Counted from the first letter of the whole stretch, positions 36,097 to 48,159 are shown. The stretch: 62,635 bases of DNA, filler included, from Globobulimina sp. (GCA_003354225.1; 37 parts of 37 records of this genome joined end to end with filler, not necessarily neighbours in it), one strand, 5' to 3'. Program-made: numbers and translations. Notes: generated from the sequence alone by a model not told the origin.

Positions 36097-37159
36097 ATGT
36101 CTAATATACATTGTATGGAAGAACGGATTTGTTCAAATTGTGATAAATTAAAAAAACTTTATCAATTTAAAAAAAATGGAAAAATATGTAAAAATTGTAG
36201 AGATAAATGTGAACATGGTAAACGAAAAAATAGATGTAAAGATTGTAATGGTAGCCAAACATGTAAACATAGTAATGATAAATATAATTGTAAAGAATGT
36301 GGTGGAACTGGGATTTGTAAACATGGAGTAAGAAAAACTATTTGTAAGGAATGTGGTGGTAATTCAATTTGTGAACATGGAAAAAATAAAATATATTGTA
36401 AAAAATGTGGTGGTAGTAGATTATGTAAACATAATAAAGATAAATCACAATGTAAAGAATGTGGTGGTAATTCTATTTGTAAACATAATACATATAAACA
36501 AAGATGTCCAAAATGTGGTGGTTCAGCTCTTTGTAATAATTGTAAACAAATGAGAAAAAATAAAAAATACGGTGAAGGTCAAAATTGTTTTGGTTGTTAT
36601 ATTTCTTTAAATCCAGATAGTGAAGTTGCTAAAAAAAATAGAGTTTTAAAACAAGATTTAATAGATAATATATACTCAATGATGTATCCGGATTTTATTT
36701 GGGAAAGTAAAGATAAATCACAACCAAATAATTGTGGTATTAAAAGAAGGCCTGACTATTTTTTAGATTATGGAACTCATATTCTAATTTTAGAAATAGA
36801 TGAGAACCAACATAAATATTATAATAAACAATGTGAAATTGGAAGATTGAATGAAATTAGTGAAATGGTAAATGATAAACCAACTATATATATTAGATTT
36901 AATCCCGATAATTATAAAGATATTAGTGGAAATAAAGTAGAAGGTTGTTTTTATAATACTATGAATAAGTTAAATATTCACGAAGATATGATTAAAGAAA
37001 GATTAAAAGTTGTTCATCAAGAAGTTTTAAAACACATTGATTTTAATAATATTAAAGAGAATACTGAATGGAGATTTAGTTAGTCAAGTATATTTATTTT
37101 TTGATGAAAATGAAGATGTTGAAGAAATTGACGAAGAATTAAGAGAAGAAGAACAATAA
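36097..37159 (+). CDS. Zn-ribbon-repeat PD-(D/E)XK-like endonuclease of large-DNA-virus type; apparent frameshift near 37060
   Basis: Six 18-aa CxHxxxKxxCxxCGG repeats (36208-36531); RPDYFLD..LILEIDENQH..CE..RLNEI..IYIRFNPDNY; family-like tail VYLFFD lies in another frame ending TAA 37157-37159. Confidence 0.82.
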
Positions 37160-37188
37160 TTAAATATATTTCATAAATATATATTTAA
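37159..37188 (+). terminator. Second AT-rich hairpin with the same 23-nt motif
   Basis: TTAAATATAT..ATATATTTAA 10-bp stem (37160-37188); motif at 37159-37181; next ATG at 37190. Confidence 0.6.
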
Positions 37189-37902
37189 CATGAATAAAGA
37201 AAAACTTGACATNNNNNNNNNNNNNNNNNNNNNNNNNNNNNNNNNNNNNNNNNNNNTTAATTAATTAANNNNNNNNNNNNNNNNNNNNNNNNNNNNNNNN
37301 NNNNNNNNNNNNTGCAGCACCAGCTTGTGCAGGTAATGTAATTATATAAATATATTTTCCCCTTCCTTTTCTTTGCAAACAATGTTATTTTATTATGACA
37401 TCATCATACAATCGAAGATGTATAAATACTGCTTGTTTATATGGCAACGTCCATAAAGTCGATACACCATTCGTGATTTTTTGTTGTATATCGAGCATAA
37501 AGAAAGAGCTGCAAAATATGGATCTCTACTAGAAGCAAATAACATACCATACGCGGCAAGAATTGCCTTTACATAATGTATTATAGCTCATATTTTGAGC
37601 TATTTTGCGCTATTTTGCGTATTCTGCGATTGTATAGATCTTGAGATATGATCCCATCAATCTGGCAGAGTCTTAAAATGTTTTTTTTTAAATCATATTT
37701 CTGTAGTTTTATAATTTGAGAAAGACAAAGAATTATAAGCACAGGATAGCAATTGATGTGCAGATATAGGATTCGCGATCACACTGCAATTAAAATGGCC
37801 AGTTTAAAACGTTCATTGGAGTCTCAAGGTTTAAATACTCACGACAACGTGTTAGCCATTGATTGAAGAATCGAAATAATATTAGCACATTTCAAAAGTA
37901 AG

Positions 37903-38114
37903 GGAAGGAAAATAGGTTAATAATAAAATGTTAAAGGTAACATTTAACTTTTTGCTTTTCAGTTTGAAATTACTGTTTTTTACTGTAAACTCTTTGAATT
38001 TACAGTTTTTTAAAGATTATTCAAAATAAAAACATTGAAAGTCAAAATTGAATTGTTAAAGGTTGTGTTTCATCGGGAACCATTAACATTTTATTATTAA
38101 CATATTTTCCTTCC
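37903..38114. mobile_element. 212-bp MITE with 36-bp TIRs and 8-bp TSD
   Basis: GGAAGGAAAATAGGTTAATAATAAAATGTTAAAGGT ... ACCATTAACATTTTATTATTAACATATTTTCCTTCC (two mismatches); AAAGTAAG at 37895-37902 and 38115-38122. Confidence 0.88.
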
Positions 38115-39345
38115 AAAGTAAGGCTGTTCAAAAAGATACGTGTACAAGGGTTTGTATACCCGTTATCTTTCAACCTATTTCTGTAGGTTTTATACCTTAG
38201 AAATCGATGTAGATTGATTGTATCATCTTTGTATGAAGATAAGGTTTGCAGTTTTTCTCGAATTTAATTTAATTTAACTTAGGTTTGCAGTTTTTCTCGA
38301 AAAAAAAAATCAGCATATTCTTTCAAAAGTTCTCACGTGATGTGGATTGTTAAATGACTAAAAGTTTTGAGCTTAAAGTAAATCCTAATTATTAAAAGTG
38401 TTTACAAACATGAGCTACTTTTCGTTAAACCAAAGCGTGTCAAATGCCAATTATATACATGGAAGAAAAGATGATGAAATTGGTATATAATGAATTGGTA
38501 AGAGGATGAAAATGAATTGGTAGTAATTTGGTACATATAAAAGGATGCATGAATTTGTGCATCAAAGAGGATAAAAATGAATTTGAATTTGAAAATTGGA
38601 TGATTTGAGATTAAAAAATCTGATTTGGATTTGGAATCAATTCGTTTAATTGTAGAAAAATGAAATGATATGATATGATATGTACACAGGAAGTGATGGT
38701 GAGGCACTTTTGCTTGAATATTAATTATTGTCTCGTTGCAAGGATCGATAGTTCGATTCATACTAATTGATTGCATTCATCTTTGCGCATAAATGCTCCA
38801 ATTGTTTAATATATCCTTGAAGATAAATGTTGCAATTTTTTCAATAAATCCTTGCACCTTAGTACCTAACAAAAAAATATGCAGAATTTATGCGCAAAGA
38901 TGAATGCNNNNNNNNNNNNNNNNNNNNNNNNNNNNNNNNNNNNNNNNNNNNTTAATTAATTAANNNNNNNNNNNNNNNNNNNNNNNNNNNNNNNNNNNNN
39001 NNNNNNNTTACTCCACTCCTTTTGAGCCGTTTACCCCACTTAGTGAGTAGTGGAGTAAAATAGAAACGAAACACAAAATCCAAATTATCACCACACCAAC
39101 TATGTCGTCATGGATATTTCAGAAATTGTGAAAATGAAATTATTTTTGTTTTGTTTGTTTCTCAGATTGTACTGTATCATATTGAAGAAAGGTTTGTTAG
39201 CATGTTAATCGAAAGAATTATCAAGCAAAACTGCAAAACCTGGATAACTTGGCAACTTTGTATTTAAGTAAATAATATCATATTAAAACATCGTTAACTA
39301 TACAGCAAATTAAACAAAGAAAAGAAAAAAAAAGAACGTTAATTA

Positions 39346-40602
39346 TTATTCCGTTTCATCATCACATTCCTTGGTAACTCTGCCAATATTATCAATTAAC
39401 ACAGTTCTTGATTCAATTCCTAACCCAACATATTTTAAAAATAAATCGCATTTTAAATCATGTAATGATTGTCCAGTAATTGCAGATTTATTTAACATTC
39501 TTCTGAATTTATTATATTTACGATTTGATGAAAATCGTTGATTATCAATCATCATAATCCATGAAATTGCATCTTGTTTATTCCATTTTTTATACTCTTT
39601 TTCGCATTCTTTTAATTTTTCTACACGCAATTTATTCAAAGTACTCTTATTTTGCGAGTAGTATCTATTTAATATATACGTAGATTTATGAATATTTCCA
39701 ACACATTCGGATTGTTTCTCCACTAAACGCTTCATCTCATAATTACTAGTTATCTTTGTAGCTTTTAGCTCTTTTAACACATTTATAATATCTTTCTTTC
39801 TTATTTTTAATTGGTTTTGCTGTTCAATTAATTCATTTATTTGTTTTTGGTTTTCATCAATCAAATTATTAACATTTGCCATAGCATCATATTGTTTGTT
39901 TGTAGAATTTCTAAATTTTCTTTGCTTTGCGGATTTTAAATATTTTATATAATGCCCCAATGTCATTGAATTTGTGGTGGCATTTTGTTGCCTTTTTGAT
40001 AGTTTCTTGAACGAAATATTTAATTTGTGAGTAAATTGTTGATATTGGCATAATAATTTACTCGTTGATGAACATTGTAAAATTTCATTTTGCGTAATTT
40101 CAAAATCTTGATTAAATTTATCCGCTGAGTTGTTTGCATCGCCTATATTGTATACGATATATTTAAATAACATATTATTTATAATCTCATTAAAATTTGT
40201 TGTGTACGCATTGTATAAATGTATTGGTTCATCATAAGAATAATTAGTTTGTGCGCCATATGCCGCAATCCGATGGTTTTTATCTTTGCATTCTTTGACG
40301 CATTGACAAATTATTCTAATTATTTGGAATATTTCATTGCAATTTTTTATCCATTTCGATTTTATACCATTTTGTACTTGAAATTCAATATGAAGCGCAT
40401 ATCCATTTTGTGCTTTTACTGTACCTCTGTACCATTCAACATCATGCAATATGTCCAATTTATCATTTAGAGCAAACCAGCTTTTATTATAGTTTGTATA
40501 ATTTATGGTTAGGTCCCCTTTGTGTGTACCTGCGATCTCGACACTATTTCTTGTCTGAGATTGTTTATTAATTGATACTATTTCTTCTTTAATATCATCA
40601 TC
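39346..40602 (-). CDS. Tudor-like + coiled-coil + C-terminal SAM-like protein, 5' partial
   Basis: LNDKLDILHDVEWYRGTVK; long heptad region; KKWNKQDAISWI..ITGQSL. Confidence 0.6.
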   Translation of the reverse strand, partial: DDDIKEEIVSINKQSQTRNSVEIAGTHKGDLTINYTNYNKSWFALNDKLDILHDVEWYRGTVKAQNGYALHIEFQVQNGIKSKWIKNCNEIFQIIRIICQCVKECKDKNHRIAAYGAQTNYSYDEPIHLYNAYTTNFNEIINNMLFKYIVYNIGDANNSADKFNQDFEITQNEILQCSSTSKLLCQYQQFTHKLNISFKKLSKRQQNATTNSMTLGHYIKYLKSAKQRKFRNSTNKQYDAMANVNNLIDENQKQINELIEQQNQLKIRKKDIINVLKELKATKITSNYEMKRLVEKQSECVGNIHKSTYILNRYYSQNKSTLNKLRVEKLKECEKEYKKWNKQDAISWIMMIDNQRFSSNRKYNKFRRMLNKSAITGQSLHDLKCDLFLKYVGLGIESRTVLIDNIGRVTKECDDETE

Positions 40603-41022
40603 NNNNNNNNNNNNNNNNNNNNNNNNNNNNNNNNNNNNNNNNNNNNTTAATTAATTAANNNNNNNNNNNNNNNNNNNNNNNNNNNNNNNNNNNNNNNNNN
40701 NNTAATTTTGTAAAAGGAATTGTTGAAAATATTCATAACTCGAATAAAACATTTGATAATGGACTAAAATCAAAAAAAATATATGATGATACCAGGAAAT
40801 ATTCAAAAATATTGGCAGAATATAGTCCATGTCAAATGTTACAATATGATGATGGAAATGTTCGGAACAGCACAACTGAAATGTTTAATACTTCATTAAA
40901 TGTACCATCTACATTGGAACTCAAGGAAAATATCTTTGATAATTGTGAGTATGTTGCTCAGAAATTCAAATAATGTATTTCCAGCTTGTCATCATTTCTG
41001 CACTGAAAACTCTACTTCAAAA

Positions 41023-42297
41023 ATGTCCACAATCACAAGCTTGAACAACCACCTGACGACTCTCGAGACCCAATTAGCATCTCCATCCAGAGCAGGCAAA
41101 CCCAAACCGTCCACACCAATCCCAAACACCAAACAACACATCGAACGTCGTCCTTATCATCGCTGGCAGGGAAACAACACAATTTGCTGCAATGGTCGTA
41201 TCATCGGTGGTCCTCAAAAACAAAATTTTGCCATCACATTAATATTAATCATAGTGCCATCTATATTTTTTATAGGATTTGTGTCTGTTAATTATATCTC
41301 AGAATATAATTATTATTACGTATTAATAATCTATATACTCTTATTAATAATTAGTGTAATATCCTTTGCGCTGACTGCCTTTATCGATCCTGGTATAATC
41401 CCTCGCGGCATACTGCCATTAGAGAGCGGCTACAAAGGCCCCACGCAATTAAGACAAACCATGTGCATCTCGGGCAAATTAGTTGAGATCAAATGGTGTG
41501 GCACCTGTCATATATTTCGCCCGCCGAGGTCTTTCCATTGCTATATTTGCAATAATTGCGTGGAGCGATTCGACCATCATTGCCCATGGATTGGTAATTG
41601 TATTGGTATCAGAAACTATGCCTATTTCTCCATATTTGTCAATTCCTTGCAATTGTTATGTTTTTGGGCTTTATTCCATTGCGTTTATATCCTATATTTA
41701 AGGACTAATCATCATAAAATACAGAATAAATCTTCATGGAAACAGTTTACGTATGCATTGAAATATGAATATATGGCATTTGGCACTGGCATCTATGTGT
41801 TCATCGGTATGTGGTTCGTCATTGGCTTGACGTGGTTTCATTGGTTCTTAGTCTTTGTTGGCAAAACTACAAATGAACAGGTTATCTGCTTACTGCTTGC
41901 ATATATTTGTAATCTTATCCTTGCACTCAGTCACTCACATATTTGTTTTTTGCGCTATATACAGCTTCGTAACTTGCATCCGTCCGGCTCGCCATTCAAG
42001 AGGTCGTGTTTTGGCAATATAATGGATCATTGTTGCCAATTCCCGGCGACCTCGGTGCATTTACACCATGTGACTCCCAAAACGAGTTATAATGAAACAT
42101 ATGTAAATAAACAAAAAGTTATATTTTTAGATAATGAGCAAGTTAAAAAACATCATAAACACATACATTCTATGCATATTGATAATAATTCTCCATTCAA
42201 AGCTTGTATAATTAATAAAACCAAAACCAAAACAAATGCAATCGTCAATGGAGTGGATAATAATACGTTGATGACAGGCAATAATAATAAATATAAA
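41023..42297 (+). CDS. DHHC palmitoyltransferase (ERF2/ZDHHC9-like), 3' partial (in-frame intron 41881-41964)
   Basis: DPGIIPR, KWCGTCHIFRPPRSFHC..CNNCVERFDHHCPWIGNCIG.RNY, KTTNEQ. Confidence 0.95.
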
Positions 42298-42545
42298 NNN
42301 NNNNNNNNNNNNNNNNNNNNNNNNNNNNNNNNNNNNNNNNNTTAATTAATTAANNNNNNNNNNNNNNNNNNNNNNNNNNNNNNNNNNNNNNNNNNNNATT
42401 CACTGCACTTGATTTGAATGCCTTGAATCAAAATTTGGTTGACTAACCACAGTTGTTTTGACACCCTTGGTATACTACAAATAATGCAAATTGCAAATAA
42501 ATACAGCATAAAAGAAAATACAATTTCTGTACTGGACTGTAAATT

Positions 42546-42646
42546 GTAAATTTCAGGGACCGTGAATTGTAAATTTCAAGGACCGTGAATTGCAAATTTC
42601 AGGGACCGTGAATTCATCAACTAATAAATTCAAGGACCGTAAATTC
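42546..42646. repeat. Minisatellite, 23-bp unit GTAAATTTCAGGGACCGTGAATT
   Basis: Three adjacent copies plus one separated degenerate copy. Confidence 0.9.
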
Positions 42647-43018
42647 ACTTTACAGCAATTTAGGCACAAGACAGACTGTTTAATTTCTGCAATTCAATGT
42701 GTACTTTGATACAAACCATCAAATTCCACAGTATAGATAATAGGTGGGTTTGTAGTTTGTAAGTTTGAATCAGCAAATTGCTAGTTTAACCGTTATGGTC
42801 CCACTGCAAGAGCGAGTACACGGTATAGATGTGAATAGAGAAAAGCAAAAAAGAAAATAAACTAATCTGACAGTAACAGGTGTTTGGTGTCTTCTTTACA
42901 AAATGATGGACACTTGAAAAGGGATGTTTGGTCTTCGGTCGGTCACCATATTTTCGTTGGTTGTGTTCTTCCAGTAAAAGTGGATTTTTAACAATAAAAT
43001 AAGGGGATTTGGGAGCAC

Positions 43019-43992
43019 TGTTTAGATCGCAACGCAGCTAATCCACAGTAATACAGGATGATACATACAAGAAACAAAAAGGTCAAGAAGAGTGCTGATA
43101 GACTTGAGCTTAACTAAAGAACCAAAGAATATAATATATTTATTATTTCTTGGGCCAGTAAATCGTATAGTAACGTCACAAATTAGTAAAGCACATCAAG
43201 TTCTATATTGGCAACACTGATTAGACATCTGAGGTCGGACCGTTGTTAACTTAAAGTCATCTTAACTGGTTTAAACTGGTTATCAACCAATCAAAAGGCT
43301 AGCGCCAGGTCTTTGAATTATAAGATGGCAGGCAGGCATGTACGTAGCCTTTTGATCAATACACTACACAGCGGTTAAGTAAAGGAAACTGCACGTACAC
43401 TAAAATAATCAATTACATTACGTACAGATAAACACATCACTGCATATATACGTACTATGTATAGAAACGATGCCAATTGTATTGTTAGACAACTAATGCA
43501 TTTAAACAAGTTTTAGTATAAACTCAATATACATAATTTGAGAAATATCGCGCTATTCGCGACACTCCCCACAAGAAAGTTTTAATAAATACAAAACTTG
43601 TGTTAATGTCATGTTGACCACATCCATATGTTTTGAACACATCATCACCTCATTTGCATTCAGCCATACGGAAGGGCAAGGCAATCGTTTGCACTGATTG
43701 TTGAGAACTCGTTTGATTAGCAGCCAAATTCTAAATTGAATTGTACTGAAAAAAGAATAGTGTTAAAATATATCAGCACAATGTTGGACACTAATCAGAA
43801 CGGAACAACTTAACTTGTGATAATCATGTTAATCTTCAGCAAATTGTAATCCGACCATCTCTCTGACCCATCTTTGCACATTTACACGACCTTGAACAGC
43901 GGCGGCGCGACGTGGGCGGAGTGGCATAGGTTCATCAGCTACTGCGTGATCCGTTGCACTATCAATTTCAGGTTGAGTGTCCACAGTATTCT
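43019..43992 (-). mobile_element. 3' end of a BEL/Pao-like LTR retrotransposon (pol tail, PPT, 3' LTR)
   Basis: Minus-strand ORF tail ..LRPRRAAAVQGR..* (stop 43829-43831); GTGGGGAG then TGTC (LTR start 43564); LTR end not certain (possible AACA at 43019). Confidence 0.6.
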
Positions 43993-44580
43993 NNNNNNNN
44001 NNNNNNNNNNNNNNNNNNNNNNNNNNNNNNNNNNNNTTAATTAATTAANNNNNNNNNNNNNNNNNNNNNNNNNNNNNNNNNNNNNNNNNNNNATGTGTTC
44101 GCAAAATAGGTTTTGCTTTCAAATTGCCCATTTCAGTTGTTTTTGATTTTTTGAAACTTCACTAGATTAAGTTTTTTATTATACTTATCTTGGATTCAAG
44201 CAACATATTCAATTTTTATACAGCAACCAACAGTACGAATAAGTTGTATTTGTAGCAAAACTATTTTTTAAGCAACATTCATTTATTTTAGGCGAGACAA
44301 AAAAACTTGCAATTAAATTGAAAATAAAATTAGTTTAAAACCAACACATAAAAGTTCAATAAAACAAGCACGGCAAAGCGCAATACACAGTTTAAAACTT
44401 TACAAATAAAAGAATACAAAAAAAAAACAAAAAAGAACACATTTTTTTTATACTTTAGAGATCGTTGGTAAAACACAAACCAAATTCTAAATCCTCAAAA
44501 ACCACAATTGCAATTTTGCAAAAAAAGAAAATAGATAATATAGGTTATAGGTACAACGTACACACAAAATAGCTGAAAAT

Positions 44581-45687
44581 TTAAAAGTCTTCCTCATCGC
44601 CATCCTCTTCCTCCTCATCTCCATCTTCATCCTCATCTCCATCTCCATCTTCGTCCTCATCTTCGTCATCATCATCTTCATCGTCATCCTCTTCCTCCAA
44701 ATCGACCACAGCGTCCTGTTTATCCTGATACTCTGTAATCAAATCACGTACATTTTTGTCCGCCTCTTGAAATTCCATCTCGTCCATTCCTTCGCCTTTA
44801 TACCAATGCAAAAACGCCTTTCTTTTATACATCTTGGCGAACTGCGCAGAAATCCTCTGGAATACGCCTTTGATGGCAGTCGTGTTCGCCACAAACGTGC
44901 CAGACATCGTAGTGCCCACCGGAGGGATGCCGATAATGGACGATTTAATATTGTTTGGGATCCAAGTCACGAAATCATCGGCCATCTTCTGTTGGATTTT
45001 CGCCACTTCGTCGTCCACTTCTTGCGTGGCGATGGAGCCTCGATAACCACACGAAGCGGTCAAATATTTGCCGTCTTCGGCTTTGACGTTGGATAAAAAG
45101 TTGCGAGAACTCCACATTTGGTCCGTCAATTCTTGCACAGTCAATTTCACTTTGGAGCCCTGTCCAGGCGCAAATAATGGCGCTTGTGCCAATAAAAAGA
45201 AATGTAAACGCGGGAAAGGCACTAAATTGACACCCATTTTACGCAAATCTCCATTTAATTTGCCACTGAAACGTAACGACGCAGTGATTCCAGACATAAC
45301 CATCGAAATAACCCAATTCAAGTCGGCATATTTGGGCTCTTTTTGCTTTAATACGTTGTGCGAGATACTGAACAATGCCTCGTTGTCAATCACGAAGGTC
45401 TCGTCTGAATTTTCTAATAATTGATGGATGGATAAAGTGGCGTTATATGGCTCGACCACCACATCTGACACTTTTGGGGAAGGATAGACACTGAACGTCG
45501 CAGTGATGCGGTCGGGATAATTATCTCTGATTTTTAGTAATAACAAGGTTCCCATACCACTGCCGGTACCGCCACCGATGGATTGCGTCAATTGAAAGCC
45601 TTGCGGACAATCACAGCCTTCAGTTTCGCGACGGATAATGTCTACGGCTTCATCGATTAATTCAGCCCCTTCGGTATAATGCCCTTT
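44581..45687 (-). CDS. TUBB: Divergent beta-tubulin (Retaria beta-2 type), 5' partial
   Basis: [65 protein letters not shown], very long acidic tail. Confidence 0.96.
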   Translation of the reverse strand, partial: KGHYTEGAELIDEAVDIIRRETEGCDCPQGFQLTQSIGGGTGSGMGTLLLLKIRDNYPDRITATFSVYPSPKVSDVVVEPYNATLSIHQLLENSDETFVIDNEALFSISHNVLKQKEPKYADLNWVISMVMSGITASLRFSGKLNGDLRKMGVNLVPFPRLHFFLLAQAPLFAPGQGSKVKLTVQELTDQMWSSRNFLSNVKAEDGKYLTASCGYRGSIATQEVDDEVAKIQQKMADDFVTWIPNNIKSSIIGIPPVGTTMSGTFVANTTAIKGVFQRISAQFAKMYKRKAFLHWYKGEGMDEMEFQEADKNVRDLITEYQDKQDAVVDLEEEDDDEDDDDEDEDEDGDGDEDEDGDEEEEDGDEEDF

Positions 45688-45787
45688 NNNNNNNNNNNNN
45701 NNNNNNNNNNNNNNNNNNNNNNNNNNNNNNNTTAATTAATTAANNNNNNNNNNNNNNNNNNNNNNNNNNNNNNNNNNNNNNNNNNNN

Positions 45788-46580
45788 TGTGTCCGTTGTT
45801 GTATTTGGTTCGGTGCTTGGCGTTTATGTTGATGTTGATTTGGATGTTGCTATTCTTGTTGGTAAAGGTAATGTTGTATTTGTCACACAAAATGTACTTT
45901 CATCAATAATTGTTCCATTTTGATAACATTTATTCATACGAACATAGATGTTTGCGGGAGATAATGTTTTAAAGGAAGTACATTGATTATCATACGTTGA
46001 GCTGTCCACAGTATCACTTATATTTGCCGGGGTACATCCGGATCCATCTGCGGCTGCACTGTTGTAGCTATACCTCGATGTAATACCATTTGCAGTGCAT
46101 GTGGCCATCGAATATGTATATAATGCATTCTCAGCATTCATATAACATACATTTGTTGCCATATTTGAAAGAGTATATGATTTGCCACAGCAAGTGTCAT
46201 CATTTTGGAATATATTTATTTCTGCATAATTGTCTTCACCTACACAATTGAAGGAATATAAATCACCTAAACAAAAACATATATATTAAATTAATTAATT
46301 ATATAAAATGATATCATAATGTAATATTAATTTATACCTGTTTTATTAAATGAATCCAATCCATATATTGTATCAACAGTGCCAGATGATGCGCATTTTG
46401 CATCTGAACCATATTTTATCATTGTTATTTCATCATTGTTTGAGTTGCATATAAATTTTGCATATTTATAAGTTACTTTGAACAAACCAACTCTTGAGAT
46501 ATCATAATTGACACAAACGTCCAATGGATATGGTACATTTTTGATTGGGTCAAATGGATTCGTCAACGTGTAAACAAAAT
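45788..46580 (-). pseudogene. Cys-containing surface protein with Thr/Pro stalk, spliced, in-frame TAA at 45824-45826
   Basis: PYPLDVC..AKFICN and MATNVCY..MATCT repeats; the Thr-rich frame continues TPSTEPNTTTDT after the stop. Confidence 0.5.
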
Positions 46581-46874
46581 AACGGGAAGAACTTTCGGTC
46601 TATGATTTTGTAGCTATTTTTTGTATATATATACAATAGATGATAAAAATTGATATGTGATAACTGTAGATAAGATTGCAAGGATTGCAAAGATTGATAT
46701 CAGTCTCATTTCACTGTGCAAGGATTACAGTAAAGCTAAAACTGACAAAACTTAGAATTTTCCTGTTAAATCATGGCACTCGATTCGGCAGATGATTTGA
46801 CGTAAGTAGCGATATATACATATATATAAATTTAGATAATAATGTAAACACTAAACAGAGACACAACTGTCAGT

Positions 46875-47382
46875 GAGATCGAGTTAAAAAAGGCGTCATC
46901 TAGTTACGTACACAAAGCATTAAAAGAAGCCACAGGATTTGGATTAACGCAATCAATCACAAAATGGCTAATTATTGAAGAAAATGAACAATTATTATCT
47001 GCAAAATTTATTTGTATTCGTTGGTCTCAAACAAAAGGTTTTATTGTGTTAAAAAACGAAAATAAAGATGATGAGTTTATATTATATGTTGATTTATTGG
47101 GTGCTATGAATTCATTGTTACAGTCACAAAACAATGGTGTCAATGATTGGTTAACCAACAATTTTACATTGCATACAAAAAAAAAAGAAAGTGACGATGA
47201 AAAAGAAAAAGGAAAAGGAAGTCGCGAATCGCATAAAATAATTAAATTGAAACAGTTATATGATATTTTATCGAGTAACTGGGAACCGCAATGTATCAAA
47301 GTTGCAGATCATAAAACAGCAAATGGTGTTATTGAATGGAGAGTTGTGAGTACAAAAAAGAAACGTAATAATTTCTATCAAT
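46875..47382 (+). CDS. Hypothetical protein fragment
   Basis: Open frame of ~170 codons to the contig end. Confidence 0.35.
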
Positions 47383-47630
47383 NNNNNNNNNNNNNNNNNN
47401 NNNNNNNNNNNNNNNNNNNNNNNNNNTTAATTAATTAANNNNNNNNNNNNNNNNNNNNNNNNNNNNNNNNNNNNNNNNNNNNTGTCAGTGTCCTGCGGCC
47501 CGAACGAGCTAAAACCTTTATTGCGGACCTTGCGACAGTACGCGATTTCCTCATGAGCAAACCAAACAAAAGATAACAAGTCCGACGTTACAAAGGAAAC
47601 TATCCGTGTCCAGACGCATCGCGATCATTT

Positions 47631-47972
47631 TCATCCTGCCACTGCTTGTTGCGGTGTTAAATTTGCCCGAGATTTATGATTTGGTTCGTTAAATCCTAAT
47701 ATGGTGGTTGTACCCGCCGGGACAGATAATGATTGGCCCCACCAACCCCAAACCATTGGAATAAATTCTGCTTTGGGCCTGGTATTTGACGGACAATTCA
47801 TTCCAGAAAAAGTGGTATCTGTAGCCCAATTATAATACCACACGGGTCCATTCAACACATTTAAATCAGTGCAATTGCAACCAGATGCCTGTGGTGATAT
47901 AGATGCTCCAATTTTCGATGATTTCCCAACAACAGCTACAATAATCAAAGACGACACAAAAAGCGAAATCAT
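47631..47972 (-). CDS. Secreted GH128-like (Asl1/Glyco_hydro_cc) beta-glucanase, truncated
   Basis: Signal peptide, WYYNW, EFIPMVWG, ILGFNEPN..ANLTPQQA; stops where Trp is expected, next to an apparent junction. Confidence 0.82.
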   Translation of the reverse strand: MISLFVSSLIIVAVVGKSSKIGASISPQASGCNCTDLNVLNGPVWYYNWATDTTFSGMNCPSNTRPKAEFIPMVWGWWGQSLSVPAGTTTILGFNEPNHKSRANLTPQQAVAG

Positions 47973-48159
47973 CGTTATTATTTTTACAGTTTTTCAGTGC
48001 AAATCTAAGCATAAAAAACGTTTAACATTTTAGCATATTGCCAATTTTGCAGTCTCCATTAATTAATTCAAAACAAATCAAAGCAAAGCAAAAACGAGCG
48101 AATATGTTTTAAGTTAACAATCATGCAAAACGAATCTAAAATGAATGATCGAATATAAA

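Noticed and set aside
38773-38907. 22-bp inverted repeat as a transposon end
   Set aside because: The second copy terminates the contig, typical of an amplification fold-back; no TSD
39008-39058. TTACTCCACT...AGTGGAGTAA hairpin as a Helitron/MITE end
   Set aside because: Truncated by the contig start; no second terminus or TSD to support it
42546-42646. CRISPR array
   Set aside because: Units are directly adjacent with no unique spacers; it is a minisatellite
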